Source of the DNA: Podarcis gaigeae
Lineage: Eukaryota
DNA: 64,000 nt
Reading direction: 5' to 3' (one strand)
Assembly (NCBI GenBank): GCA_964106915.2
Contig: OZ066924.1
Each line of letters opens with the position of its first letter. Positions within the stretch are counted from its first letter, which is position 1. Positions 26,271 to 39,221 of this stretch are shown one piece after another. A model generated the notes under the pieces. That model did no database searches and was not told the DNA's origin. It saw only the letters and a list, made by a program, of their open reading frames with translations. The position numbers and the translations under genes were made by a program.

Positions 26271-26404
26271 ATAGAATTATAGAGTTGGAAGGGACCATGA
26301 GGGTCATCTTGTCCGACCCCCTGCAATGCAGGAATCTTTTGCTCGATGTGGGGCTTGAACCTATGACCCTGAGATTAAAAGTCTCATGCTCTACTGACCG
26401 AGCC
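26271..26404 (-). mobile_element. tRNA-Lys-derived SINE with CR1 3' tail
   Basis: Minus strand gctcggtcagtagagcatgagacttttaatctcagggtcataggttcaagccccacatcgagc closely resembles vertebrate tRNA-Lys(CTT). It is fused directly to a CR1-like tail gcagggggtcggacaagatgaccctcatggtcccttccaactctataattctat. Confidence 0.85.
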
Positions 26405-27184
26405 AAAAAAATGAGTAGTACAAACATAGTCTGGAGCTAGGTGTTGGGCTCTTTGCTCAAGTTAGCATTCCCCTTTCCCCCCATCACTATCTGTATTTGC
26501 AATGTACTACATAAGATCCTAGGTATCACAGATTGTGGTGATGTGATCCTGGGAATACAGCAGGGCAGAAATTCATTGGGCATGAGCTATTGAGTTTGTA
26601 GGCCCAACCTCTTCCAGGGCTCTCCTGGTAGCAGAATAGTGTTTGATGGAGCTAGCAGACACCGGCTGTTCCCTTGTAGGTAAAAAGTTAATGCCATTTT
26701 AAAATGTGATTTTGTTATATTTTGACTCCCAACAGAGAGAGCAATATGGGCATCCTAATCCTGCCAGACCTTATTTTATTTTTTAGGGAAAAGTGTGTTT
26801 CTATAGATCTGATCTGGATAAAATCGAGTACCAGCCCACAGGTCAAGGGTTTCCCATGCTAGGCATAAACCATGGTTTCCTTTTGAGAAACTGCCTAATC
26901 TGGGTGCTGAGGATACTGCTTTCCAATCATTTCATTCGTACCTTGAAGGCCAATTCCACAACATGGTACTGTTGGATTTCTGGTTGATTCCTTAGCTGTT
27001 ATGGCTTGAGATACTGCATGATTTTATTTTATCTCCAGTGCTTCTAGCTATATACATGAAACAAGAGAAATGTCATTCATAGAGATGGTGTGAGGTGGTT
27101 TGTCCACCCCAGTAAAAGCCTTTTTAGAAGATCTGGTTGTAGACTGGGATGGGGGAGTGTCTGTTGATCTCCTGCCTAACCCTT

Positions 27185-27800
27185 AAAAGGTTAGATCATG
27201 TATAATACAGCTTTGTTTCAGTTATCCATAATCTGGTAACCTCTCATTTGCTATACACTAATGTGTTTTGCTTGGGACAACCTTTGAAGCAATCAAGAAA
27301 TTTCTCTTAAGTTCAGAATAAAGGTACAAGGCTGCTTATTTTGGACTGAACCCATCATGCCAGTATTTCATCATCTTCACCGGCTTCCAGATCCTTTTAG
27401 GGCCCCATTCAAGGTGATGCATTTGACCTTTAAGGCCCTTCTTGACATGAGTGCCTGAGGGATAACTTCGCTCAATTCATTGTTACCTTCTTTGGAGGCC
27501 ATTCTCTAAGTGCCACCCCTTCTAGAACCCTGGCTGTGAAATTCCCTCACAAGAAGGCTTGCCTGGTACCTATTTTGGTATCTTCAGCACCAAGAAAAAA
27601 CTTTTCTGTTTTCCCAGGTCTTTTAACATGATTTAGCCTTAAACTGTTTTTTTTATTATTATTTCTGCAACAGTTTTTAGACTATAGTTTTTTTTATATA
27701 AAATAATTAATATTTTAGTTTTTTGTTTCTTGTTGTGAGCCACCGTGAGAACTTTGCTATAGGGCTGCTTATAAATACTGTAACTAAAAAATAAATAAAC
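27185..27800 (+). mobile_element. Degraded L2-clade LINE 3' region
   Basis: catcttcaccggcttcca...gccccattcaaggtgatgcatttgacctttaaggcc resembles 'LHWLP..R..FKV..LTFKAL', followed by an AT-rich 3' tail. Confidence 0.6.
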
Positions 27801-28230
27801 ACAAAGTAGGTGAGGTGTGTTTTCCAAATATTGCCCGTATTTCCTATTGTCTTTCTGCTCTATACATCTTCCTCCCCTTTCATCCTCCAGTGATGCTTCA
27901 CTCGGGAGACGAGAGCTCATATTTTTATGTTCCTCTGAAAATCTACAAGTTCCTTCAGGCAGAGTGCTTATTCAGAGCTCTTTGTTGGAAGTTTCAGTCA
28001 ACTTCAACAAAGCAGCTCCCTGAATGTGTGCAGCAGCTCCTTTACTTTCAAACGCATAGCTGCCAGAGCACGTCCAGATTGTGGACATTATTATTGTGTG
28101 CATTTCTTTTCATGTGAAGTAAACTTTATTTGCTTGAACCAGTGGAAAAAGTAAAGATTCAGTCGTAATTAATTGATCGCAAGAATGAGTATGTGTTTAA
28201 AGAGTTTTAGCATGCGAAGGAGATTAAGAG

Positions 28231-28362
28231 TAAAGTAAAAGGTAAAGGACTCCTGGACAGCTAGGTCCAGTCAAAGGAACTATGGGGTGTGGCGCTCATC
28301 TCACTTTCAGGCCAAGGGAGCTAGCGCTTGTCCACAGACAGCTTTCCGGGTCATGTGGCCAG
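28231..28362 (-). mobile_element. Sauria SINE 3' fragment
   Basis: The reverse complement matches the 3' part of 52947-53299 (ctggccacatgacccggaaagctgt...gagatgagcgcc...cctttacctttt). Confidence 0.8.
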
Positions 28363-28629
28363 TATTGCAATGGCAGCACCCTGGCCCCCACTCGATTTCT
28401 CTCCCCAAAAAAGGAAATGGAAGACTCAGCTTAGAGACATATTAAAAATATATATGAAGCCATGAAAGCAGGCATTCTTCCCCCTGCATTCCATGCTTTG
28501 ACTGTAATACACCACTCATGGTTTTTAAGCAAAAAAGAAAGAAAGTGCCAAACATTATCAATAATAATTAAACCTCTGATTATGTGCAGCTTCTCCTTTT
28601 AAACTCACTAAACTTGTTGATTTTCCCCA

Positions 28630-28755
28630 CTGCTTTAGGCCAGTCACCAACTCTTTGCCTAGCCTACCCTACAGGGTTGTTGTGAGAACAAAAGAGGCGA
28701 GGCGCTTGAACCAGCTTTAGCTCCCAGGAGAAAAGGCAGAATATAAATGTAATAT
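28630..28755 (+). mobile_element. CORE-SINE (MIR-like) fragment
   Basis: ggccagtcac...cctagcctaccctacagggttgttgtgagaacaaaa resembles the CORE segment, followed by an L2-like tail. Confidence 0.55.
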
Positions 28756-30396
28756 AGCATTCATAGACAAAAAGAGGTGGTGAAGAGAACAATAAACACC
28801 AACACAAAGCCAGAAAAGCAAGCATGCCTGCCTTACATGTTGTGACTGCTGCATTATATCCACCTACCCTATGCTGACAGTTCAACATTTCCTATTATTC
28901 TTATTTGAGCACTTTTCAAATTCTACAAACTTAGGCCAGATGAAAGATGTTTATTAGGAGAAGCTACTATAGAAGAACTACAGAAATAAACAGGTGGATA
29001 TGCACAGTCCTCCTTTCTGATTGTGGGGAATCTGAATTACAATATTCTGATTTTGGACAATATGAATTAAACCCTTTCTTAGAATTATTATTTTGGTTAA
29101 AGGATTGGAGCTGTAATTTTGAACTTATTATTATGTTGCTTTATACTTTATACTCAACGTCTTCTTCCAAATAATGGATAATATAAGTTAGTTAAAATTC
29201 AGTCATATCATAATCAATGGAACATAAGTCATGATTAAATTTTCATTTTGGGCCTAGGTACCTTACAGTATTCTGGGTGCAGCTTGTTAAAATAATTAAT
29301 AATCATGATAACTTTTCTAAAATTCTTCTAACTACCTGTTTCTGATTCCCTTTTAATTTTTGTTCTTACTAATAATGTTTTTTTTTAAAAAAAAATGCAC
29401 TGTGGTGGTATGTAATATGTTTTTAATGTTATTTTTCACATCACATTTGCTCTTCTTTTAATATTATTAAAAAAGGGGTTAATTTTTTCTGTTACGTATT
29501 AGCGTAGATTGGTATGAAGAAAATGTTTGGCTTAAGTAAATACAGACTTTTGAATCCAAGCTTTAAGGAGGTTTTTTCCTCCTAATATTTAGTGATAACA
29601 ACATCTCAAGAACAGAGGTAACTCAATTTAGTTGAAAAGCTGCACTCTTTAAATGAGTGGAATTAGCTGGAAATAGTACTACATTAACACACCCTGCCAG
29701 CGGCTGAAATCTGCACACAAAACACTTTTTCATGTTTTCCTTGAACTCCTTTGATTGAGCCTAACATTCAGCTTATGCTGAATGAGCTCTGTGTCAACCT
29801 TGGCAGGAACTGAAGAATATTGATATCTGTTGTAATGAATAGTGGAAGAGCAAAAGGCTTAAGTGAGCTGGCACAAGTACTGTCTCAGTATGATGAGCTA
29901 AACACAGGCATTGTTCAGTGAGCAGCCTCTGTGTCATTTTGGAAATTAAATCTTGGCTGGCTAACATTAGGTCTGTGTACACACATTGAATTTCTTTGTC
30001 TGTTTGCTGTGGTATCCATTCATAATTAAACATTTCAAGCAAAGTTCTAAAGAGATCCTTGAATGCCTCCTCCGCCTTTAAATATGCCTCCGAAACAAGC
30101 ATTTGATGCAAGGATGACATAGCCCCTCTCCCTTTTATTTGGTAACATTCCTCGGTTCACATCAGAAGGCCCAAGAACAAATTCTTACGCTAGATATAGT
30201 TACAACTGAAAAGTAGTGAGGCAGTTTATGGCTATTTGCAGTTAGCATCAAGGCTGTGAAAAGGATTTTTGCAATAGTATTCATGTTTTGTGACACATCT
30301 GTCTCCAATGCCTCCTCGGTTTTCAGTGGTGCTTCTGCTTATTTCAGAATAAATCAGAAGTCAATCTGTTGTTTGGATGGAGTGCCCTTGAAAACC

Positions 30397-30504
30397 GAAG
30401 CTTTCCCTTGAAACAAAAAGCAAAACAGAGTAAATTAATGGCGATGGCTAGAAGCTTTCCCTTGAAACAAAAAGCAAAATAGAGTAAATTAATGGCGATG
30501 GCTA
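30397..30504. repeat. 54-bp tandem duplication (2 copies, 1 mismatch)
   Basis: gaagctttcccttgaaacaaaaagcaaaa[c/t]agagtaaattaatggcgatggcta at 30397-30450 and 30451-30504. Confidence 0.95.
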
Positions 30505-32360
30505 GTGAATCACCGCTGCAAAACCGGACTGAAAATATTAGTTGAGTCTTTGGTGTGCACTCCGTTTTGCACAATCGTTTATTGCGGCTTAACAATTTCA
30601 GAACTTGGTTCTCTTGTTCTGCATGTTGGAAGGGTATCTTAGGAGAGTTTAGAGCCAGTCAGCAGTCCTTGGGAAGATGACAGGCTTGCTTCACCTCTCC
30701 TTCATTCTGAAATAAAAGTTCATTTAAACAAAAGCAGGGTTGTCTCTTGCAGGCAAAAGGGTCTAATAATCCCATGAAGAAACAAAGTGGCCAGTGAAGG
30801 ACCACTAGAAAAGTATGGGATCTGAAGAAATAATGTGGAAGCTACACATATAACAGTGCCTGAAACCTTGTCCAGGAAACTGGACAGAATAACATCTTCA
30901 CAGGACCTGTATAATCCCTGTTTTGCATAAATAGGGGTTGTAGTACCCTGAAGTAACCTCTGAATATTGTAGGAATGGGTTCTTCAAAGACAAAACACTT
31001 TTTTGTGTTTAAATAAACCCAATACTTAGTTGCTCGCATTGCTTTGGCTTTGGTTGCCACTTCTATGGACTGCTTTATCTTCCTTCAACCCCCTTTATCC
31101 TCTCCCCTATTGGAAGACAAGTCTGTGGCAGTGTGGAGTCTGTGAAAGCACAGTAAATATGTTATTTACTCAGATTAATGTATCATCAGCACCTCAGATT
31201 TATTTTTATTTTTCCTAAAAGCTAGAGCCTCCTATTAGGCAAAAGGAAACTAGCTGGTGCTACTAAGGGACTGGGTGTTCCAGTTAGTGCTAAAGAGATA
31301 ACTAAATAACTTAGGAGTTTTGTACTGTATTTTCCTTTGGTGCAACTTGAGGGGGTTTTGTGGGTTTGGGGCAGCAAACCAGTCCAACCTGATTTATGTA
31401 GCACCTTCCCATTTCCTTTGAAGACTGTAACAATCGACTAACAATGTCTGGTAATACCCCGCCCCCCTGATCTTCTCTTTTTATGCTTAAATATCCAGTG
31501 TGATGAAGAGTTTTGATGAACTCAAAAGCTGTCTTGCTTCTTTGTGACCATTTACCTAGACCAGGGATATATTAGAAACTTGGTTTTGAGCTTAATTTAC
31601 TAATAGTGATTGCTATTTAAATAAATTAAAATGCTTGAAAATGTATGTTCTGGAACATCTTCCCATTTTTTTACAATCCTGAATTGTTGACATGTAACAG
31701 AAATGCATTGCATGCAGCTTTGTTCCACCTGGGGCACATCTCTTGTGTACTCTGTAGTCTATCTAGGAGCATTTGACATATTGGAAAACCACTTATTCAC
31801 CCCCTGATATCTTACTTTTCATTGCCTATTAGTTTTATTAACAGTTAAATTGGCTTAGGCTTGTGGGTTCTCTTAGCCCTCTAACAGCCGTGGTCAAAAC
31901 ATAAAGCAACCACAGCTTTATGTTTCTTTTTCCACAATGTGCATTATTTTATTCTATTTTTAGTTTCTCTGAGATGCATCTAGACTACTTACCCAGCATC
32001 CAAATGATCCTCCAGACTATGTTTTGGAGGGTCACAAATCAGTTTTATGTACATAAGTTTCCCCTGTCTCTTCTTCATGTGGCAGTAATGAATTACTTGC
32101 CTGCAGAGGGCAGAAGGGACTGACTCACTTGGCACATAATCAGCAGTCATAACTGCCCCCTTCACTCTAAGGCATTTTGTATGAATAAAATTGAGTGTAA
32201 TGTGTGGGTATACCTCCTTGCTTAATCAAATCAAATTTCTCTGTTGCATCAAAATGTTGCAGATTATGGTCCAATTAAACTGGGAAGTATTTAAGTCACA
32301 GGTGTATGGGGGAAAGTATCTTCCATACTGTTGTTAGAAGATCATCTTAATGTAGTCTTG

Positions 32361-32763
32361 GGCTGTATTTGGATGCAATTTGAAACTGTGCTTTAATGTT
32401 ACATCAAGGAATCTCTTGCTTATGGGCTGTTCCCTCCTGTCTCCTCCTCTGGTATGGCCATGAAGAGACGGTCAGAAGTTTCTCTTTTATTTTCAACTAA
32501 CCACAGTTATTTGTTATGTCCAGACCTGAACAACTTTTGTTTAGTCTTAACTATTGTTCAGGGAAACAAGCCAACTTCAGTATTGACTTATTTCCCAAGA
32601 CCACTGTTAAGATTAACCACAGTCCCGGGTTCAGACATAACAACAAACCACAGTTAATTGAAAATCGAAGCAGAAAACCCTTTACCAGGAAAAGCGAAAT
32701 GCATGAGTCTGAAGTTTGTGCACATAATGCTAAACCATGATTTTAGCATTATGTCCAAACTAG
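32361..32763. mobile_element. Old non-autonomous DNA element with repeated AACCACAG motifs and a terminal hairpin
   Basis: aaccacag occurs three times and there is a 13-bp stem acataatgctaaa/tttagcattatgt at 32722-32754. Similar aaacca/tggttt motifs occur at 6490-6640 and 40590-40775. Confidence 0.45.
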
Positions 32764-34839
32764 ATGGTTGTGTAGAAGCAGTGGAAGAAAGCCCGTTCTG
32801 GAATTCTTTTGGGTATGCCAGCTCAGAGGATATGAGAGGCATCCTGAACGTTAAGGCTGAAAGTGTGTGTTTTTTAAACCGTGAACTGCTGACAGTTCCA
32901 TGTGTCTGGCACTTTTTTCATTTACTTAAAGGGGCCTGTTTCTCAGCATGCCCCCGGTTTGCCTATAGAGGCTGACAATCATCATTCCAATGTCAAAATG
33001 CCTTTACTCTGGACTCTAATATCAGATTATTAAGGTGTTAGCTCTCACGTAAAGGAGGCCAGAAACTCTTCTTCTCTTCAGTCAGAATTACAGTTGCAGA
33101 TAGAAACAAGCCTCCTCTGGTGCTGTCATCTGTCAAAGCAATGCATGGACAATTGTATGTCAAGTTCCTGTTAACAACAGCGCAATTGCTCTATTTCTGC
33201 CTCAGGTAGACTTGCTCAACTGTGACTCGGTGTTTCCTATTCAGTCGACTCTCTAGGAATTTCCAGACGTTAGATTTTTTTTTTGTGTGTGTGTAGAAAA
33301 TTATTATTTGAGAGAGCAGCTCTAATATTAGCAGCATTAGCCCAGGGGCAAGGAGATTCTGCACCCTGATCAATTTGCATAGTGAAGTTCCTCTTTCCCT
33401 CACTGGGCACCCAGAATGTCTTAGCTGTATTTCTAAGGATGCGAAGTTGGAGATTCTTTTGATTCAAGGAGGCAGTTTGCGTCATGCTAAGTTCATGAAT
33501 AGTTTGCCATGTTGTATTTTTAAAAATATGTCAAGAAAAAAGCACTTTCTGTGTAAAATAATTTCGAAATTATATTAATACATGGGAACTTTAAGAGAGT
33601 TCTTTCTAGATATAATTAATGAAATGCCAGATTTCTTTAAAAGACTTGCAGCATTTATATGCTAAGCATATAAACAATCATATAATTAATTTTGTATGTT
33701 AAAAACCTTGGGGACTTTTGTAACTTGTTTGTGTACCAGAGTCCTACCCCAGAGGTTTAACTTAGTCTCATAGCACTTAATTTGTATAGAAAATAATAAC
33801 TTAAAGAAAAGCATACTAGGTTGTTAGTTTTGTTTCACAGATTGGCTTTGCGCCTTGTGTATTTTTGGTGTACCTTGAATTCTAGCAGTTGCCTTTGGAC
33901 AATATTATATCTTATATTCTTTACTGACCTGTTTTACTCATGGGTTTAACTGTAATTTTATTGGCATAGACTGACGAGAAACCTGCAGCACCTTGCTATT
34001 TGCTCAGGGACAACTCTCATTTTTTACTTATAGTTAATGACTTATTCACCTGGATGCAAATTAGTCCTTAGATTAATTTATCCTGAGAAAGAGCACCTTG
34101 CATCATTTTTTGAAATTGCCCTCTTGTTCCTGTTTCGTATATTAAAAAGTGAGTTATTTCCCCCCAGTTTCTTTTAGATTCAAGTTGGATAGAAATTGTG
34201 TTTTCTTTTGTAAATTTTTGCTTGTAAACTTTTAAACATTTTTGCTTTCAGTTAACTGCAAACACACACAATCCTTATATAATTATCATGTTCTCTGTAC
34301 ACCAATCCTGATTGGGGGTTGGATGAGATCAGGGAAAAAATTATTTCTCATTCGGAAAGAGAAACAAGCTTTGACTAAAATTTGGCATTTTCTTTTTTAG
34401 GTAGGACTTACTTTAAAACACAAGTAAAGGCCATACAATTAAATATATATTCTGTAATTTTGTAGGGGATGAATTGCAGTGGTGTCTCCCAGTCTTTGAA
34501 TGGATTCCTCCTATTTCTCTGTAGCCCCCCAAATCTGGGATCATCTGGAGAAGATTCACAGTGTATGGGGCTGAGCAGGGTTTTGGGAAGGAAGAAGACT
34601 CATTGCACAAGCAGATGTCCACTCATACATGTCATTCTTTTGACTTTTAATCCACTTCACAGAATTTAAAATAAAACTTTTTTTTTAAAAAAGCTAACAA
34701 TTTCATCTATTTCAGCAAGCTGTATGAAAATTTAAATAAATATAGATGCTCCAAAAATACTCCTCTGGCCTAATTAATGAGCCATTCCATGTAGACATAA
34801 AAATAAATATTTCAACTAAGTCTTAATATGTAAAATATC

Positions 34840-35095
34840 TAGGGTTGCCATATTTCAAAAGGTGAAAATCCAGACAAAAAAGTTGTTGAGTTTTTTTGTT
34901 TTTGTTTTTACAAAATCTTTTTAAAAAGAGAGGTTTTTGAGGTACTTTTCAGGAAGTTTGCCAAAATCGACATTACCGACATGGGTTGCCCTACTTCCAG
35001 ATTTTCCTGGACATTTCAGCGATTTCCACCCGGAACACCTTCTGACAGCCAAATCCCAACTATGTCCAGGAAATTCCAGGCGTATGGCAACCCTA
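34840..35095. mobile_element. hAT MITE with TAGGGTTGCCA ends (Blackjack/MER53-like termini), family D
   Basis: TIR tagggttgccata / tatggcaacccta and exact 8-bp TSD aaaatatc. Confidence 0.92.
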
Positions 35096-37742
35096 AAAAT
35101 ATCCATGTGAGGTTTTGGGAACAAAATCAAACTAGTGAATAGTCTTAGGTGTGTGGAATTGTGCAGGGACAAATGATATGTGTGGGTGACTGATTACTGT
35201 TTTCTGCAGCAAATAAGTGAGACTAAGTTGTGGAGAAGATACTTTCAGATTTTCCAATAGAAGTTTAGTATGCACTAAACTTAAGGATCGCTGGTAAATG
35301 TTTGGTAGAGAAATCAACAGATAGAAAATAAATAAATTATGTATATATCATTCTACAGTTTGAAAAATGGGGGTTCTGTGTGACTTTAGTGTTCAAAATT
35401 TGCCTTTGTTAAGTGGAATGCGAGCCTATTAATTGTACTATATTTTTAGTTTTAATTAGAGCCATTCTTCTGAGACTAAACCTTTTTACCATTAGGCTTT
35501 TTGAACCCAGTGAGATAAAAAGAAAGAGTTATTTTGCAACATTATTTACACGATTTTAATTAATGATTATAATCTCAGTGGTCACTTTTTGCAAAAGAGC
35601 ATTTAATCCTTTAACCAGTTTTCATGATTTGCATTTTTCCACAAACACTTGGGCCCTGCAATGTTATCTCTATTCCCCCTCCCCTTTAAAAAAAACCCCC
35701 ACATAATTTTATTTTGTTCCCTCTTCAAACAACATTTCCTACCACAACACCTGTTTTTCATGCAGACTGAGCCGATAGGTAAAGAAGCAAAGTTTGCTTC
35801 CTTTTGCCAAGATAGAACATAGCTCCTGGCAAGGTTATGTTTGAAAACAGTTTTTCATGCAGGGATCGTATACAAGCAGTGTTGCTGTTGCCAAGATCCT
35901 CTGACTAATGAAGGGCTGGAACGATAGTGTATTCTTCTTCTTTGCTTGCGGCATGAACATGTAGCATTTCTTCTGAGGAAAGGCATTCTGGTGTTTCAAA
36001 CAAAGCAGGAAGTTTAACCTTCTCGGAAGAAGGTCAATGTTTTTACTGATAGTGGGGTGGGGAGAGCAACTTTATAAACAACATAAAAGATAAATTTTCT
36101 GCTTTGCAATAAGAGACACAAACAATGAATTTTCAGGATTTTTTTTTCCAGTGAAGATCAGCAGGAAAGTGAGTATGTTTATCAACTTCTTTACCTCTCA
36201 GCGCCACATTTTGCTTAAAGAGAGCTGTATTAACGACTTCAAGAACCTCCTGCTGTCTGCGCACTGGCAATTTGAATTGTGAAGTACAAAGACATGATAA
36301 CCCTTTAAATATCCTTTTTGTGGTCAGTGCACCTGAGAGCATTTGCAATTCGTTCTTTTCAAAATTATAATGTGAGGCATTTCACATTGGGAAGTACATA
36401 CTTTGCTGTAGTTTGTAATATGCCAGCTTGGGATTATGTTGAGAATAAGTGGCCTGTTGGGAATTGTGCAAATATTTTAGTAAACAATAAAATGGAGGCA
36501 GTCTAGTTTACAGACTGAAGGCTGGACTGGATGAACTTTGAAGTCCCTTCAAACTCCATGTTTCTATGAAGCAGTTACAGACAGCAATGATGGAAAGCAG
36601 TAGAGAAACTTTGCAGTAAAACGAGAAATGTTTATGAATTATAACTATAGCACCGGTGAGGAAACTCTTTTAATCTTTTTGGGATAAACCAGCAACTAAC
36701 TTGCTGTGATACCAACTGAATGGTCATTGTAGCAGATTTCCTGTCCCGGGGTCCTGACTACAGCTGCTACATCTTCCCAGATGTAAAAAGGGTGGTTCAT
36801 GTGGGTTTTGAAGGCAGCATTGCTCTCAGTCCTCAGCTCAAAGTATATTGCTTACTGTGACCCCTCTACATTTTCTAATTAACCCTTGCATTTAGACCTG
36901 TCTGCAAGGTATCCAGTTAGCGTGTTTCTATGTGTCATATTCTAGAGATATTCACAGGCAGATTGGGGCACCAAAGGACCTGAACACAACAGCAATTTTA
37001 TAAGGTAACTGTTAACTTCCAAATTATTTGCGAACACAATCTTTAAATGCAGTGGTATAAAATGAGAACACATTCTCAATCCCAATATTCCAAAGATATA
37101 CAAAGGAGATTGACACTGTGCTGCTTATACACAACATGAGAAAATGCTGTGTAATGCAGAAAAGCCATTCCTAAATGTCTTCAACCCTATTTTGCTTTGT
37201 TAATTGGCTTTATGCTCTAGGGGGCATTAACGCTGAAGTGAACAATATATATGTAGCACATTGCATTCCTTGAGCCAAGTCAATTAATCTCTCTCTACTT
37301 TTCAAAATAGTTTCTGTTTAGCAGTTGTTGTGCAAATTAGGCTCATTGTAATAAACAAGGAGGCATTTGATAATTCACAAACCCCAGTGCAATAATCTGT
37401 AAAACCTCAGTGCTTGTACACACAAAATAGCGGTAGATGCCGCTTGGCTACATTGGCCATTTAGTCTTGGAGAGTCTGTAATTATACATTTAAATTTTGC
37501 AGGCAGATTTTTGTAATAAGATTTTTGTGCCCCTAATTAGGCTCTCGCTGCTTGATATGTATAGAATTGTGGATTATTTTTAATTACATTAATTTAAGTA
37601 ATTAACCTACTCTTTTATAAGCAAAGAAACGAGATGGCAGCTCTTGCTGAGAAATGACTGATATGTCTTAATAGCAAACTTCTCAGTATTGAGGTCCATC
37701 ACCCTGATTTGATCAGTGTCTACAACTTGTGATAATATTCTG

Positions 37743-37925
37743 TGGCTCCACGGTCAGAGGCAATAATGCTTTCAAATACCTGTTTCTGGAAACCACAGTA
37801 GGGCAGAGTGCTCTTGTGCTGGGCTCCTGTATGCAGGTTTCCCACAGGCATCTGGTTGGCTGCTATGAAAACACGATGCTCGACTAGATGGGTCATTGGT
37901 CTGATCTAGCAGACTCTTCAAATGT
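37743..37925 (+). mobile_element. CR1-family 3' UTR fragment
   Basis: ggcatctggttggctgctatgaaaacacgatgctcgactagatgggtcattggtctgatctagcag is typical of sauropsid CR1 3' ends. Confidence 0.6.
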
Positions 37926-38024
37926 CCCCTTATGGATCCTTTAGCAGTCATGGGTGGCACTAATCTGGATCAGTATTGCAGCATGGGCCACTTCCCCCGA
38001 TGCAACGATACTAATCTGCACACC

Positions 38025-38368
38025 TGTTGTTGTTATTGTTGTTGTTGTTTAGTCATTTCCGACTCTTCGTGACCCCATGGACCAGAGCACACCAGGCACT
38101 CCTGTCTTCCACTGCCTCCCACAGTTTGGTCAAACTCATGTTAGTAGCTTCGAGAACACTGTCCAACCATCTCGTCCTCTGTTGTCCTCTTCTCCTTATG
38201 CCCTCAGACTTTCCTAGCATCAGGGTCTTTTCCAGGGAGTCTTCTCTTCTCATGAGGTGGCCAAAGTATTGGAGCCTCAGCTTCACGATCTGTCCTTCCA
38301 GTGAGCACTCAGGGCTGATTTCCTTCAGAATGGATAGGTTTGATCTTCTTGCAGTCCATGGGACTCTC
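38025..38368 (-). mobile_element. Bov-B (RTE) LINE 3' fragment with (CAA)n tail
   Basis: Minus-strand KLRLQYFGHLMRREDSLEKTLMLGKSEGIRRRGQQRTRWLDSVLEATNMSLTKLWEAVEDRSAWCALVHGVTKSR is the Bov-B C-terminus. The tail reads (TGT)n on the + strand. Confidence 0.93.
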
Positions 38369-39221
38369 TTATAAAGGACCTGTGAGCAGGCTAGGAGGCC
38401 TCTTTAATTCTTGTTCTTATACAGAAATAAAAGTGGTGTCACTTTTGTTATCACCCATTAATTCCCGGAACAAGTCATCACTTGTTGAGTCATCACATGA
38501 CAAACATACATGTACAACAATGAACTGGTTGTATGACATTTGAACGGCATGTGTACATTGCTGCAAATCAATTTACTAAGAGAAGTATCTACATTCTGCA
38601 ATATTGGCACAGAGCTTCAAAAAACTGTAATAATACTGTAAAAGAAACCCATTCGCACTTATATTCCTAGAAATTTACACGAGAGAGAGAGAGAAGCTTT
38701 CTCTGCTGTGATAAACTATTGACTACATGTTCTCACTGTTATTCCCCAAGGATTACTTAAATTATAACCATTGTGTCTTGTTATTGGTAACACATTGGTC
38801 TTTTCTTTAATTGCACTTCTGGGTTGGCCAGTCACTGGTCCTTCTTTCTTAATTATTCTTGGAATGTTCTCTCTCAGTCTACCAAGTATCTAAGTAATCT
38901 TTATTTCACTTTATTCCTAAACCTTTCCCCCATGTACTATTTGAAAACTACTGAGGGTCTGTGAGGCCCAGATAATAATTGCTCGGGTTGTTGCAACAAT
39001 TGCAATGCGATGTGTTGGATATTGTATTTTTATTGCTTCTTTTATTTTTATTTTATTTTATTTTATTGTATAAACACTTGGAGTATTATGGAATTTCATA
39101 AGAAATAAAAGCAAGAAAAATGTAATTAAAATCAATATGACTGTTTTAGGCAAGGAATGCATATGGAACAAAAAAATAGGAGGATTTGTGTCGGTGGGTA
39201 GGATTGGTTGTAGGTTTAAGG

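Noticed and set aside
26341-26404. Functional tRNA-Lys gene
   Set aside because: The 5' acceptor strand is missing, the stems are mutated, and it is fused to a CR1 tail, so it is a SINE head.
30397-30504. CRISPR-like array
   Set aside because: Only two abutting copies with no spacer, in a eukaryotic intron.
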